Source: Rotaria socialis (lineage: Eukaryota). Taken from it: a stretch of DNA of 64,000 bases. Below the pieces are notes generated by a model. It saw only the letters and a list, made by a program, of their open reading frames with translations. It searched no databases and was not told the origin of the DNA. This document shows, in pieces, positions 25,289 through 37,602 of this stretch. The position numbers were made by a program, and so were the translations under genes. Position 1 is the first letter of the stretch. The number at the start of each line of letters is the position of its first letter. The stretch lies in the NCBI GenBank assembly GCA_905331295.1, contig CAJNYD010000068.1, forward strand, positions 1-64,000, given 5' to 3'.

Positions 25289-28200
25289 CTATCTTAATAT
25301 TTTTGCATGATAGACTACATTACTCTCTAGTTCATCTCTAGAATATCGATGGTTATTAAAACGACTCCATGGACTTATTCTCTCTGTATTAAAATCAATT
25401 AATGGTTCAGATGATGGAATAGAATTAACCGTTGGTTGTTGGTCAGATGATATTGGTTGAGACATCGTATGTACTTCATGCTTTGATATAAGCGTTCGCG
25501 GCATCGGACAAGGTGGTCGTGAGCATTCATCGTCAGATACTGCTGAAGATAATGGTGTTAATAATTTTCGTGGCAATGGGGATGGTGCTTGTACAATATC
25601 ATGATGCTTTGTATTTTCTACTGGACATGATTGATCAAGATTTAAATGTTCATCAAAATCATTAACAATTGAATCAATATGATCCTGTTGTTGTATCGGT
25701 AAAGATTTTGGAATGGGCTGTGTGGGTTGAGATAGTGGTGTATCACGACGTTTATAAAACAATATATATGCATCAGGTGTACATACACGAGACGGATCTA
25801 ATTCAGAAACAAGATGATCATCATAGCAAAACCATTTGTCTGTTATTGGATTTTTGCAATAAGCTTAAATAGAAATATACAATATTTAATCGAAGAGATA
25901 TATACCCAATGAAAAAGTAGAGTTACTTTTTCAAATAAGATTTTATTTATTGAATTAAGGAAAAATTTTATTCTCAAAAATTGGCATAGCATTTATCTTA
26001 TTAATCAGTTGTTTCCTACTTGCATTAGACTCATAAATATCTTTCAAAATCCTTTTTCTTTCTATTGTTTACAGTAGTACAGTCTACATAGTAAATTCTA
26101 TTGTCATTGCCTTTCAATGCAACATAAAAATCATACCAGTATAATGTCCATTTGACATACTACCACGATGATTACAAACTGCAAAAAGATCATAGAGTCC
26201 ATATTGTTTTTCATCTTGATTTTCAATAGAATCTTCTTGTTCATCATCTATTTCATTTTCATCATCTTCGTCATTGTCTGTTAGATTTCTATTTGTTGAT
26301 AAGAATCGTTTAATATTAAGATTGGAAAGTGGAAACTGCACTGGATAAGTTAATTTTGAATTTGATACTTTTGTTTGACAAAAACGTTTCAAATGTATTA
26401 TTAAAACAGAAGGTGTTGTCCAAATTTTTAAATGTTTTACTGTACCATTTTCTTTACGACGGCAATGACTACACATCCATGCATCATCCTAAATTTGAAT
26501 ATCAAACCTTTTATCATGAAAAATTCAATTATTCTTCTTACATAATTTAAACTTTCCGATTGTGTAAATAAAGAAAAACAATCTGCTAATGAAATCAACG
26601 ATGATGATGGTTGATGTAATGTTGCACGGGCATGTGTAACGGACTGATGTATATCTGGTTTATCATCACTATAGGGCCATTTCGATAAAAATTCTCCTAC
26701 ATGTTTCTCATTCCAATTCGCATAGACTTGTAAATGTGATGGTCCTATACCAGGACCATCATAAGCATCAAGAATTTCGACAGTTTTTTCAAGAAAAAGT
26801 GGTAATTGTACACCATAAGGAATAGAATATTCTTGTTTAACGGTTCCGAATGATGTTGACTGATATTGATCAACAAGTGTTAATTGAAAAACAACATAGG
26901 TTTGAGCATGTTCCATAACTTCTTCACGAATCAATGAACGTGCCGCTTTTATTATTAATAATTGTAACACACGATAATTTGATTGACGAGGAACACGAAC
27001 AACTAAACAAAAGAAAAACTTCTGTTTTAAATGAACGAGTATATTATTTTATTTGTTACCTATCGGTGCACCAAATCTTTCAGAACGACCAGTACTATAT
27101 CGTACACGATTAAGAACAAGTAGATTAACGTAAGCTGGAGGTGCATCATCCGTCGTTGATGCAACATGTTCAATACTTTCTGAATTCGACGAAGGAAATT
27201 GTATCGCATAAACATCATCTGTAAGACGATTAATCGGTTCGGTATCATGAAAAACTTGAGAAAATCCATTTTGTTGAATTTCAATGAGTACAAGCTAAAT
27301 GAAAAAGAAAGATCAATCGTAAAAATGTCCTTGATTTTGACTTTCAATTATGATCTGTAGGCGAAGATCAATAAAATTATTCAAAATTCTGAAGTGTAAA
27401 TACAAAAGTATCAATGCGATTTTTCATTCGTGTCACAAAATATATGTAGATATCCTCTACGTAATAATACATCTATTTTAGAAATACTACTGGGTAATTC
27501 TGAAATATGAATAAAGGAGTTTATTTTCACTCTCGAAGCTACGCAATAGAATTTGCTTAGAAATGCATCATTTAGATAGAGGAAGCCGTTCTCTGCTAAG
27601 CTCCATGTATTCGGTTTGTTGATTTAAACCATACAATCCTTATTATTTCAAAACTGAAAACTTACATCGTTTGGGTCAAGATTTGACTGTTGAGCTATGG
27701 CTTCTCGCACGTCTTTAACAGTATTTGTTACAGGTAAGCATAAACCGATTTGTAATTGTTTTGGTGATTGATTGAGAAAAACGACAGTAACGAAAACAGG
27801 CTTGATAATTTTTTGTGGGATTGGCAATGATAATAATAGGTAGGGTTCAAACGTTTTACTCTCTTGTTTACATTGATTACAACGTAGAGTTGAATGAAGT
27901 TGAGCACTGAATGTTGAAGTTATAATACTTAGATTAGCATCACTATATTCCGACCAAGCTCGATGAGCTAATTCGGATGAAGCTATGGAGGATGATGCAA
28001 TTGTCGAAGAAAATGAATTCTAAATAGTCAGTAATTTATCGTCTATATTTCATTCAATTAATAGTTTACCTTAGATTTCTGCCTTTGTCTTTGAGCATTG
28101 GCTAAATTTAATTCATCGTGAATTGTATTAATAAGAAATAATGAAAATTCTTGGGCATCATTTTGCTCATTGCCGGAATATTGTTTATTCAAATTTGAGA

Positions 28201-29364
28201 GAATCGATTTAAAGTCATATAATAATTTTGAAGTTGTATTTGATGAATTGTTCCATAGTGCTTGAAATATTTGTACAAATGTTTTTGTGACCTTAAAGCC
28301 GGTAGATGGTTGAGACGAATTTGGATAATCACCTATGGCATTTTTAATATTACGCATATCATGTTCATAAGTTTTTCGAAGAATATACAATGCTAATTGT
28401 TCTGTGTGACATAAGCATTGAACAATCGCATTAATATAACTAAAAGAAGAGACATTTTCTTGACAAGCATAGCGTATTCACGATTACAAAAGAGAAAAAA
28501 AACAAATTAGTTCAAGTTAACATGCGCAATAAAATATAAAAGGTGAAAATTTCGAAAGAACTTGAGCTATTTTTTTTGATGATGATTGATCGTTCGGGGA
28601 AACTCGCTTGTTTTTATATATTCATTATATATATATATATATAGCACGCCAAGCTAACCAAAAAATATTTTTCTTACCATGTATTACCACAATTTTTAAG
28701 TCCATATAGAAAAGGAATATGTTGTGAAGCTGGCGGTAATGTTCGTCGAGATGATTTTCGTTTGATGTCCAGTCGTGTTAATGAATTTTGTCTTGTTGGA
28801 TGAGGATGATTCATTTTTGATGTCGCCATCGGATTACAGAATGATAGAAAAGGTGAATTCGAATTATTTTGATCACTATAATCGGTTATTGTCGATATAG
28901 GATAATCCGAAGACTTTTTTGTTGAAGAAAAATTAATTAAACGTTTAAGACGAAAAAATAATGATTTATGCGATTTTGAAGAACGTGATAAGACTGATTC
29001 ATAACCGGATGATGATGTCAGAGAAGCAGTTGTATTAGTTTTATAGCATGCATTCGGATCTGGCGGTAGTTGCTCGGTGGATGTCGACGACGATGAAGAT
29101 TGTGCTTGAATTGGTAAAACATTTGAAACAAAATCAATCGAGCCAGCATGCATTGAACCCACTGTACGAATATGATGATCAAGTGCATTGGTTATTGACG
29201 ATGATTTACTATTCGAATTGAAGAACAGAATTAATCACGCCCTCAAATTTAATATTTGAAAAAATATTGTTTTACCTGCCGACAACATCAATAGCATCAC
29301 GCTGAGTTTTGGAATTATAAGAAGAAAAATCCGTACTAGCAGCGTTGACACAATGCTGTACCAT
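25289..29364 (-). CDS. Ubiquitin-specific protease (C19), USP31/USP43-like, multi-exon
   Basis: Cys box GLKNCGNTCYINAIVQCL, QNDAQEF, Zn-ribbon CSHC, LIIHLKRF and His box YDLFAVCNHRGSMSNGHYTAYCKNP..WFCYDD. Predicted start MVQHCVNAAS at 29364. The subfamily call is tentative. Confidence 0.85.
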
Positions 29365-29842
29365 CCTGTTGCTTTTTTAATCTTATCAAATGGAAAATCT
29401 ACATAGCTAAGGTGAGTGAAGAATAACAAGAAATAAACAATTGTATTTTTTTTGCTACGTCAAGTTATGATAAGTAAATTTTGATTGGCTAATAAATGTC
29501 ACTATTTCGTTCAATTTCTATCAAAAGTGAGTTTTATTTTTCTATTCTTCTTCTAGTTATGATCGGAAAAAAAATAGTTTATTTTCATTTTATTTCAAAG
29601 TAATTAATCATTGCATGACAAGATGTGACATCTATCGTAGGGAGGTACAATCGAGTCGAATGAAATGATTATTTTAAAGACGAATCGATCTTTAAAGCGA
29701 GAAAAACGATTTCAGTCAGCGAGAAAAAGATACTGAAATTCTTCTAGTATATTTGTTTGTTTTAGATTTATATTGAAAGGATTTCTTTTTTTTTATCGTA
29801 TTATTCTTTTATATCTTTTTGAAGTATAATACCGAAAAAATA
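29365..29842. promoter_or_regulatory. Probable bidirectional promoter between the USP gene and PRMT5
   Basis: Divergent start codons are about 480 bp apart, with ATTGG (reverse CCAAT) at about 29484. Confidence 0.5.
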
Positions 29843-32583
29843 ATGTCCACACAATCGGCTCCTTCAGTAGGCATCGAGTTTACCAAAGTACGAAGTGTCA
29901 AAGATGCATTGACACTTGCTTCATCACAAAAGTAAAATTTTCCTCTTGAACTTCTATCAATATTTGTCGTGGTTTTTCTTTTAAGATATGACTTTCTTGT
30001 AGTACCAATTATTCGTAAACAATACGGAACAGATCTATTGACCAACTATGGATCAAAACAATCAACATGGCCAGCAATCGCCAGTCGATTAAAAGGCGTT
30101 GGCGAAAGTGCTGATATGTCAACAGCACTTGTCGCTCTCATTCGACATGTTATTGATGTTGACTCATCAAATATTCATATACGAAATAAAGCTACGAAAG
30201 TAGTTACAATAAAATTGTTATTCTGTTTTCGACTATTTTCTCATTTGTTTTAATTTAGTTACTTCAAGAAGAGCTAGCTGCTGCTCAATATTTTAGTGTC
30301 GCACGTGTTATCATTCGTATTCGAAACGGAAATAGTACAAATCTAATTCGTATTGCTGCTAGTACACTGAATACATTATATTTTGCTGTAAGAATATTAT
30401 TTGAAAAATTAAGAAAACGAAATCCATGATGCATCTGCTTTTAGTATTGGTTTGTTTTTCCAACATGTGCATCAGGTAATTTTGATGACGACAGTGAAGC
30501 AGAATTGCAACCTTGGCTTTGGTGGAATAAAATCTATAAATTACTAGACTACCATGGAAAAGTTTATCCAGTATTAGGTATGAGTTTTTTTCATATCTAT
30601 TAATTGAAAATTGTCGTTTCTTTGTTTCGCGTTAGAATTATCGGCTGATGTACCCAGTGAACAAGCTCAAAAACGTTGGTTAGGTGAACCAGTACGAGCT
30701 GTTATATTACCAACAAAAATTTTTACGACGAATGCAAAAGGTTTTCCCGTTCTTTCACCTGCTCATCAACTTTTTATAATAAAATTAATTAAAGTAAAGC
30801 TTTTGATTTATTTAAATATTTCCCGATTTTTTTTATTGATTTAGCTTAAAGTTCAATTTATTATCAAAGGTATTAATCCAAATGATTCAGCACTATTCGA
30901 ACCTTATTTACAATATCTTAAATATATCACGCGCGTAAATAATAAAAATTGTAGAAGAATTCAAAATTTTCGTTTTAATTTTTCATATTAGCAAACAGAG
31001 CCGACTAATCGTGTACTTGAAGCATTTACACATGGTTATGAAGATCGACTACAAGTGCCACTGCAACCATTGGCTGATAATCTTGAATCACGTACATATG
31101 AAATATTTGAGAAAGATCCAATAAAATATGTTCAATATGAAAAGGTAGAGTTCGTGAAAACTTTTATTAGAAAAAATAGTTTCTTTGGTTTTTAATAAAG
31201 GCTGTTTATCAAGCCTTAATCGAACGATATGATCCAAAAACAACTGTGTAAGTCTTACAACAATATATATGATATAATCGTCGAAGAGGTTATCCGAACT
31301 CGAAATTCGTTGATTATAGTTAAATTAGTCGTCTTTATTTAAAAACAAATCTTGATTGCTTGATGGAGCATACTTGTCATTTTTCAAAATATTAAATTTC
31401 TGTTTAGAATCATTATGGTTGTCGGTGCCGGTCGTGGTCCATTAGTTAACCGAGCACTTGAAGCAGCTGATCGAGCCAAATATAAAGTACATATTTATGC
31501 AGTCGAGAAAAATCCTATGGCAATTATTTCGTTAGTTTACTTTTTTTCGGATATATCGATTACAAAAATCTTGCTTTTGTCCGTAGTCTTTATGCTCAAA
31601 AACAAGAATGGGCCGATCGTGTGACGATCATTCATCAAGATATGCGTTCATGGCAACCAGAATGTAAAGCTGATATTATGGTTAGTGAATTATTAGGTTC
31701 ATTTGGTGATAATGAACTATCACCGGAATGTTTGGACGGAGCACAACGTTACTTAAAAGGTAAAATATTTTGTTCTTAAGATAGATAATTTCAGTATGAA
31801 TTATTTTAGACGATGGAATTAGTATTCCTTATGCTTACACTTCATTTATCAGTCCTGTACAATCACCGCGTATATTTTCAGAATTACTTTACAACCGAGA
31901 TGCCAATAAACCTTATTACGTAAAGAAAATGTTTATTTAATGAAAGAAAAATATTTAAAAACTTTTCTATGTAGGCTAATTTTGAAACACCGTTCGTTGT
32001 TTATTTACATAATTGCTTTTTCTTGGCTGAAACTAAACCATTATTTACTTTTTTACATCCAAATTTTGCGAGTAAAAGAAAACAAAAAAACAATGTCTTC
32101 GGCTGTTTTGTTTTTATTACTCTTTTTATTTTTATTTTTTAGCTCCTATAGATAATTCAAGATACGAGGAAGTAGAATTCACGATACCAGCAACAGGTAC
32201 TATGCATGGTTTAGCGGGTTTTTTCGAAGCAAAATTGTATAAAGACATAACTATTAGTAAGTCGTAGGGTTTATCGAAATGATTATTTTGTATATGTTCA
32301 TCTAGGCATTGAACCCAATACACACTCAAAGAATCTAATAAGTTGGTTTCCAATGTTTTTTCCGATTCGAGTAAGAAATCATTTAGATTTATGCAACATT
32401 TTATTTATGCGAGATTTTTTCTCCTATTAGGAACCGGTGACATTACAAGCTAATTCGAAAATAAAAGTTAACTTTTGGCGTTGTTGTTCATCATCTCAAG
32501 TATGGTATGAATGGACAGTTATTGAGCCTACAACATTGCCTATACATAATCCTACTGGCCGATCATTTTCTATTGGAAAATAA
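29843..32583 (+). CDS. PRMT5: Protein arginine N-methyltransferase 5, multi-exon
   Basis: [96 protein letters not shown]. Short GT-AG introns. Confidence 0.97.
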
Positions 32584-33313
32584 ATTAGCTATGATTTATT
32601 TGCTTTGCTTTGCTTTGTTTTCTTTCCTTTTTCTTTTTGTTGTTTCTTCTCACATCGTTCTTCTTGTTATTGTGATATCGAAATTTGAAACATTGTTATG
32701 ATTATTGTGGTTTTTCTCCCGTTATTTCGAGTGATTGTTTATCTTCATTGACGACTAGAGTACTACTGTCTTTCATAGGAATGAGATAGTAGAATGACGA
32801 TATTGTTATAAAAGATCATTTAGAGTAATAAATATGATATGTTCACGATGATTAACGCTTTTGAGAAAGACAAATAAAAGTTAAGAAGATTTCGAACGAA
32901 TGGAAATATTTGAACAACTGCAGGATTGAGACCCAAGCCCTTTCCCTTTGGAATAGTTAGTTTTCTAATGTTATTATTCGTAATGCTGGTCGGTCGAAAT
33001 TATATATCAAGATACAATACCATGAGAGAGAAAGAGTTGCTATTATTAGATCGAACATAATGAAAAATCTCACTTAAGAATCAAAGTTTAATATTTTCTT
33101 TCACAGTTTTGATCAACAAAAAACTAATCGAATTTTTTTTACTATTTTCGATCTGGTCATTTCTTATTTATTGACTTATATTGCGCAGTACACCTATTGT
33201 TTGATCACGCCTGACAGAAGAATCGAACAACGAACATCCATTGAACCCTTAAAAGATACCGTCGCTAATCAATCTTCTTTCAGCAGAATTGGAATAAGAA
33301 AAGATGTAAACAC

Positions 33314-34596
33314 CAGGGCTCTGCGTGGGACGGGACTATCCCATCCCATGGGGCTAAAAATTTTCGTCTCGTTCCAGAAAATGGCTTGATAAATGCTCTA
33401 AACTTTTGCGATATACAATTACTGTGACATAGATATTGCACTCATCTGTGCAATCAAAACAAGTCAACAATATCCTACTCATTCGGTTTATGGAAAATAT
33501 GAAGTTTGTGCAATGATGTACAATAACATTTTTTCCATATTTTTAATAATATTTATTTTGTTCGAATCGTTTCTTTTTATCTAAAACACTACTTTCATCT
33601 TTTTGCGTCGCTTGAATTTTCTCTATATTGCCATATTTTGTACTATTTTGTATTTATTCATAGAGCGATGTATTTTTGATGGTAAAAGTAAAAAAAAAGA
33701 ATTGTGAACTTGACAATAATAAAATTATGAACATATGAAACGATAATATGACATCATAGTTTTAGTAGGTAGATGAGCATTCGGATAAACTTAACGTCTT
33801 ATAGAATATATGATAATTGAGATGTCCCATGCAGGGTGGCCAGATCTTCCGAAAAGTAAGGAAAAATTATGAAATTCGAAGTCCTTTCAGAATTTCTTCT
33901 GATCTTTTGGTTGTCGTACTATATTCTGACTTTTCCTGATTTTAATACTTTCTTTTGATTTCTTTCCGAATTCGAAAATATTTCACATCCCAGTTTTGCG
34001 GGTGTACTTCAGTATAATTATAACACATTACTATTATGGATGTTTATTGCGTCAATTTTATTTCTCAATTATCCGATGATAATTTCTGATTTATATAGGA
34101 AACTTCAGCTACAGCGATGCACTAGAATTTGATAATGTTTTTTTTCTTGATTTCGAGATTCTCGCTTATGAAACATTCTACAAATAAAAATTACATTATC
34201 TAATAGATGATATTAATATAGTTGAATTTGATTCTGAAGAGACATAAAGCGAAGTGCATTAATTACCAAAAGCAGCATCGTCTCGGAAAATAAAGAAAAA
34301 AGAAAATTTTTCGTAAAGATTGCTTATTCGTTGATAAATATTCATCTGTATAGTGATGAAACTTTGAAAATAAAGTACTAGTCAATAAAAAAAATGTAAT
34401 GAAGTACTTAATGCCATGATATCAATACAGAAGTTGCTATATCACAAAAACTGATCTTTCTGATAAGCTTCTGACATTCCTAAAAAAATTTCTGGTCGTT
34501 TTCTGATTTTTATAAGAAAAATTCTGATTTTTGAATTTTCGATCTGGTCCCATGGGACGATTTTTTTCGTCCCATCCCGTCCCGCGCGGAGCCGTG
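33314..34596. mobile_element. Non-autonomous hAT-type element
   Basis: TIRs CAGGGCTCTGCGTGGGACGGGA / TCCCGTCCCGCGCGGAGCCGTG. Perfect 8-bp TSD GTAAACAC at 33306-33313 and 34597-34604. Confidence 0.88.
33832..34546. mobile_element. Second hAT-type element nested in the first, right TIR truncated
   Basis: Left end CAGGGTGGCCAGATC; only GATCTG remains of the right end. GTCCCATG is duplicated at 33824-33831 and 34547-34554. Confidence 0.7.
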
Positions 34597-34779
34597 GTAA
34601 ACACATTCACGATTGAATTCTTGTGTGTATAACCGAGAATTTGAGCAATTGAGAATGACCTTGCCTTGAGCTATTCATGGTAAAAAGTAATCGTAAAATT
34701 CAATTGAAATTTATTTCAAAGAAAAGAAAGCTTGATACTCAAATGCAAACAAAAGCCGGTAACCATTCAACCGATTATA

Positions 34780-37602
34780 TCAAAGTCTACTAATCAGCGT
34801 TGATGAATCCAATTCGATATTTGATATCGAATATTTCTTCTGCGTGCCTTCTTGATGTCGATACGATATTGATGTGTCTGTCTCGTTAACCATAGTCAAA
34901 TCAGTTGCCAACTTCAACATTAACTTTTGACTACCATTAGATGAACTTGAATTTAATTTAGATTCCCTCGACGAATCTTGAATATCAGATTTCGAAATTT
35001 TCCAATATAGTATCTTCCATAAAAATAGAATCCATCGGACTACTGGTATCATGACCAGTTTTATAATGAGAAAAGCAAAAGCAAATAATTCGATACATAA
35101 TGAAGTGAACAGCATCGCTTTGAAAACTAATTCAGCCATTCGAACGATTGGTTGTTCGATATTTTTAATATAAAATGGACGTTCGTCAAGCGCTATTTTA
35201 ATGACAGTCAACGAAGAAGTATAACGCAAATAATTACCGAATTCAACATAATACGGTTCGTCCGATAATACGACTTTACTAAACGTCGGTATCCATATGC
35301 CATCATAGATATTTGGGTCTGAGTCACTCAAAGCATGTGTCATATTGACGTTTTTAACGAATGAAATTGGTATACTAGTTATTCTACCAATAGCTTCATT
35401 TGGTGTTGTATAAAATTGACAAAAATCTAATTCAAGTAATGCAATGTTTGAATTTGTATGGCTATTTCCTCGAATACACAAACGAACGGCACCGATCCAA
35501 TAGGGACCAGTCATATTGACTTGAATAGTTGTTCCGTGCCCCGGAAACGGTAATGTAACGGACGTTATCGCGTCTGGAATTGACTGACTACAATTCATTG
35601 CTAAGGAAAGATATTTACTGCTAACAAGATTTTCTTGTGCAGTGATAGAATTACATGGAAATCCAGTATTAATTAGTTCAACAGTTAAATAGAATGTTTG
35701 CGCATCGAGTAGATCGAAAAGTGGCTGAGCTTCTTCTGATTTAGGAGTAGCAAGAAGTTCAAGTCCGCTTGTAAACTGCGCATTAACCAATGAGTGGTCA
35801 CAGGCAAATGTAGCTGGGCCAGTAATTTCTTCAATTGGATAACGTCGTATAAATGACACAGAAAACCAATAGGAAAAGCCTACGAGAACAAAAATAGACA
35901 ATGTTGCTAGTCCACCAGCCCACATTTCACCCTCGCCAATTATATCCGTATGTTTGAAAATTTCCTTTGCTCTTTTTCTATATTTTGTAAAATTTTCACA
36001 TCCACAGTGTTTGATGGCAGCCATAAGGACTAAAATCGAAACACATATACCAATGGTAATCATTGTCCAGAATATAGGAGATATGACTAAACAACGTGAG
36101 TCAGAACTTAGTTGAAAAACATTTATCAGCAGAATATCTTCCATGTCTGTTGTATCACTGGTTTCAGGATATGCAACTGCTTGACTATACGATGGCACTT
36201 TACTTGAGTCAACATCGGCAAGTGATGCCAGTGGACAGAGCGAAGTTGATGAACTATTCGAACATGGTATACATTGAAGAACTCCGCTGAGGAGCGTGCC
36301 AGGATTCATAGTGCGCGGACCACATATTTGACAGGAACCTAAACTCGAATGATTTTTATAGGTCCCACCGATGCAAAGCTGTTGGCGAAAATAGAATACG
36401 AATGTAAGTGCTGTGGTATCGACCCATGCTGAAACGTAACCAGCAGGTGCCAAAGGAACAACTAAAATATTACCGGTATCTGTAAGTATAGCCATATTGC
36501 CTCCATTGGTAATACCAAATCGAGAAAAAGACGGACTTGATAAGCGGCTACCCAATATTTGTTGACTGTTGGGAAATGCGAAGACAGGAGTGGTCAACGT
36601 TACTGAACGTTCACTATAAACGAATATTTCTGATGTAGACCATGGTGTTACATATGGATTGTCAACTAGTACAGCAATACTTGTATCATCTGCCCATTGA
36701 ACCACACGACCAAATGACGTGGCATCCGGATAAGATAATTGATATGAATTAGTAACGTTTAATGATGACCTTTGTTTTTCTATGCAGACGAAAGTTGAAA
36801 GACGTTGTACACCAACGAGTATTTTTTGACCACGTATAGAAACCGATAATTCATAAAGTTCATTATATGAAACGACATTACTTGGTATTAAATATGTCGT
36901 CTCGTAAGTAAGATTTAAACATGACACATTTTTTAGAACAGAAAGATCAATTAAACATCCAAGAGTTGCATAATCTTTTTTAACTACATCTGAATATCCA
37001 TAGCCAGCAATAACGGCCCATGTATCAGCAACATCGATAGCATGGGGAATGAACCCTTGCGATGGCCAAATATCATTGGTTGTAAGATTCAAAGCCATTG
37101 TATTGGCATAAATATCTAATTTAAATGCAAATGAACTTGAGAATCCATAAGCAAAGGTACCATTCGAGTCGACCGCAATAAGAAAATATTGTTGAGGAGA
37201 TCCCGCTGGAGCAACATCTGTACATTGTAGGTGATTAATGCATGTAGATTTTGAGATCTCACCAATGCAAACATATGGAGTCATGGTCGACATTTTTTCC
37301 GCAGCAAAAACAAGCATAAACTGATCGCCATTTGCACTATTTTTAGAAATTCCTACCACGGCTACACTATGAACATAACGATCTGTTGTATTGTATCGCA
37401 AGTTACATCGTTTTTGTCCTCCGGAGCTGGCATTTTTAAATGGATACATTAGTACAGCAAAATTGGAAAACGCGTTGGATACTGATACAAACATATCGTC
37501 TTTAACGGACATTTTTGTACCTGATACAAGATCGGTTAGATCATATTGACACCATGACATATGATTAGAAATAATAAGAAGAAATACAACGCTTACGTAC
37601 AT
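34780..37602 (-). CDS. Uncharacterised 940-aa membrane protein: signal peptide, beta-rich ectodomain, Cys-rich (ephrin-receptor-like/GCC2-GCC3 type) repeat, about 3 TM helices
   Basis: Single uninterrupted ORF. Hydrophobic N-terminus MYVSVVFLLIISNHMSWC, CIGGTYKNHSSLGSCQICGPRTMNPG..CIPC, three hydrophobic segments and many N-x-S/T sequons. Confidence 0.85.
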   Translation of the reverse strand: MYVSVVFLLIISNHMSWCQYDLTDLVSGTKMSVKDDMFVSVSNAFSNFAVLMYPFKNASSGGQKRCNLRYNTTDRYVHSVAVVGISKNSANGDQFMLVFAAEKMSTMTPYVCIGEISKSTCINHLQCTDVAPAGSPQQYFLIAVDSNGTFAYGFSSSFAFKLDIYANTMALNLTTNDIWPSQGFIPHAIDVADTWAVIAGYGYSDVVKKDYATLGCLIDLSVLKNVSCLNLTYETTYLIPSNVVSYNELYELSVSIRGQKILVGVQRLSTFVCIEKQRSSLNVTNSYQLSYPDATSFGRVVQWADDTSIAVLVDNPYVTPWSTSEIFVYSERSVTLTTPVFAFPNSQQILGSRLSSPSFSRFGITNGGNMAILTDTGNILVVPLAPAGYVSAWVDTTALTFVFYFRQQLCIGGTYKNHSSLGSCQICGPRTMNPGTLLSGVLQCIPCSNSSSTSLCPLASLADVDSSKVPSYSQAVAYPETSDTTDMEDILLINVFQLSSDSRCLVISPIFWTMITIGICVSILVLMAAIKHCGCENFTKYRKRAKEIFKHTDIIGEGEMWAGGLATLSIFVLVGFSYWFSVSFIRRYPIEEITGPATFACDHSLVNAQFTSGLELLATPKSEEAQPLFDLLDAQTFYLTVELINTGFPCNSITAQENLVSSKYLSLAMNCSQSIPDAITSVTLPFPGHGTTIQVNMTGPYWIGAVRLCIRGNSHTNSNIALLELDFCQFYTTPNEAIGRITSIPISFVKNVNMTHALSDSDPNIYDGIWIPTFSKVVLSDEPYYVEFGNYLRYTSSLTVIKIALDERPFYIKNIEQPIVRMAELVFKAMLFTSLCIELFAFAFLIIKLVMIPVVRWILFLWKILYWKISKSDIQDSSRESKLNSSSSNGSQKLMLKLATDLTMVNETDTSISYRHQEGTQKKYSISNIELDSSTLISRL

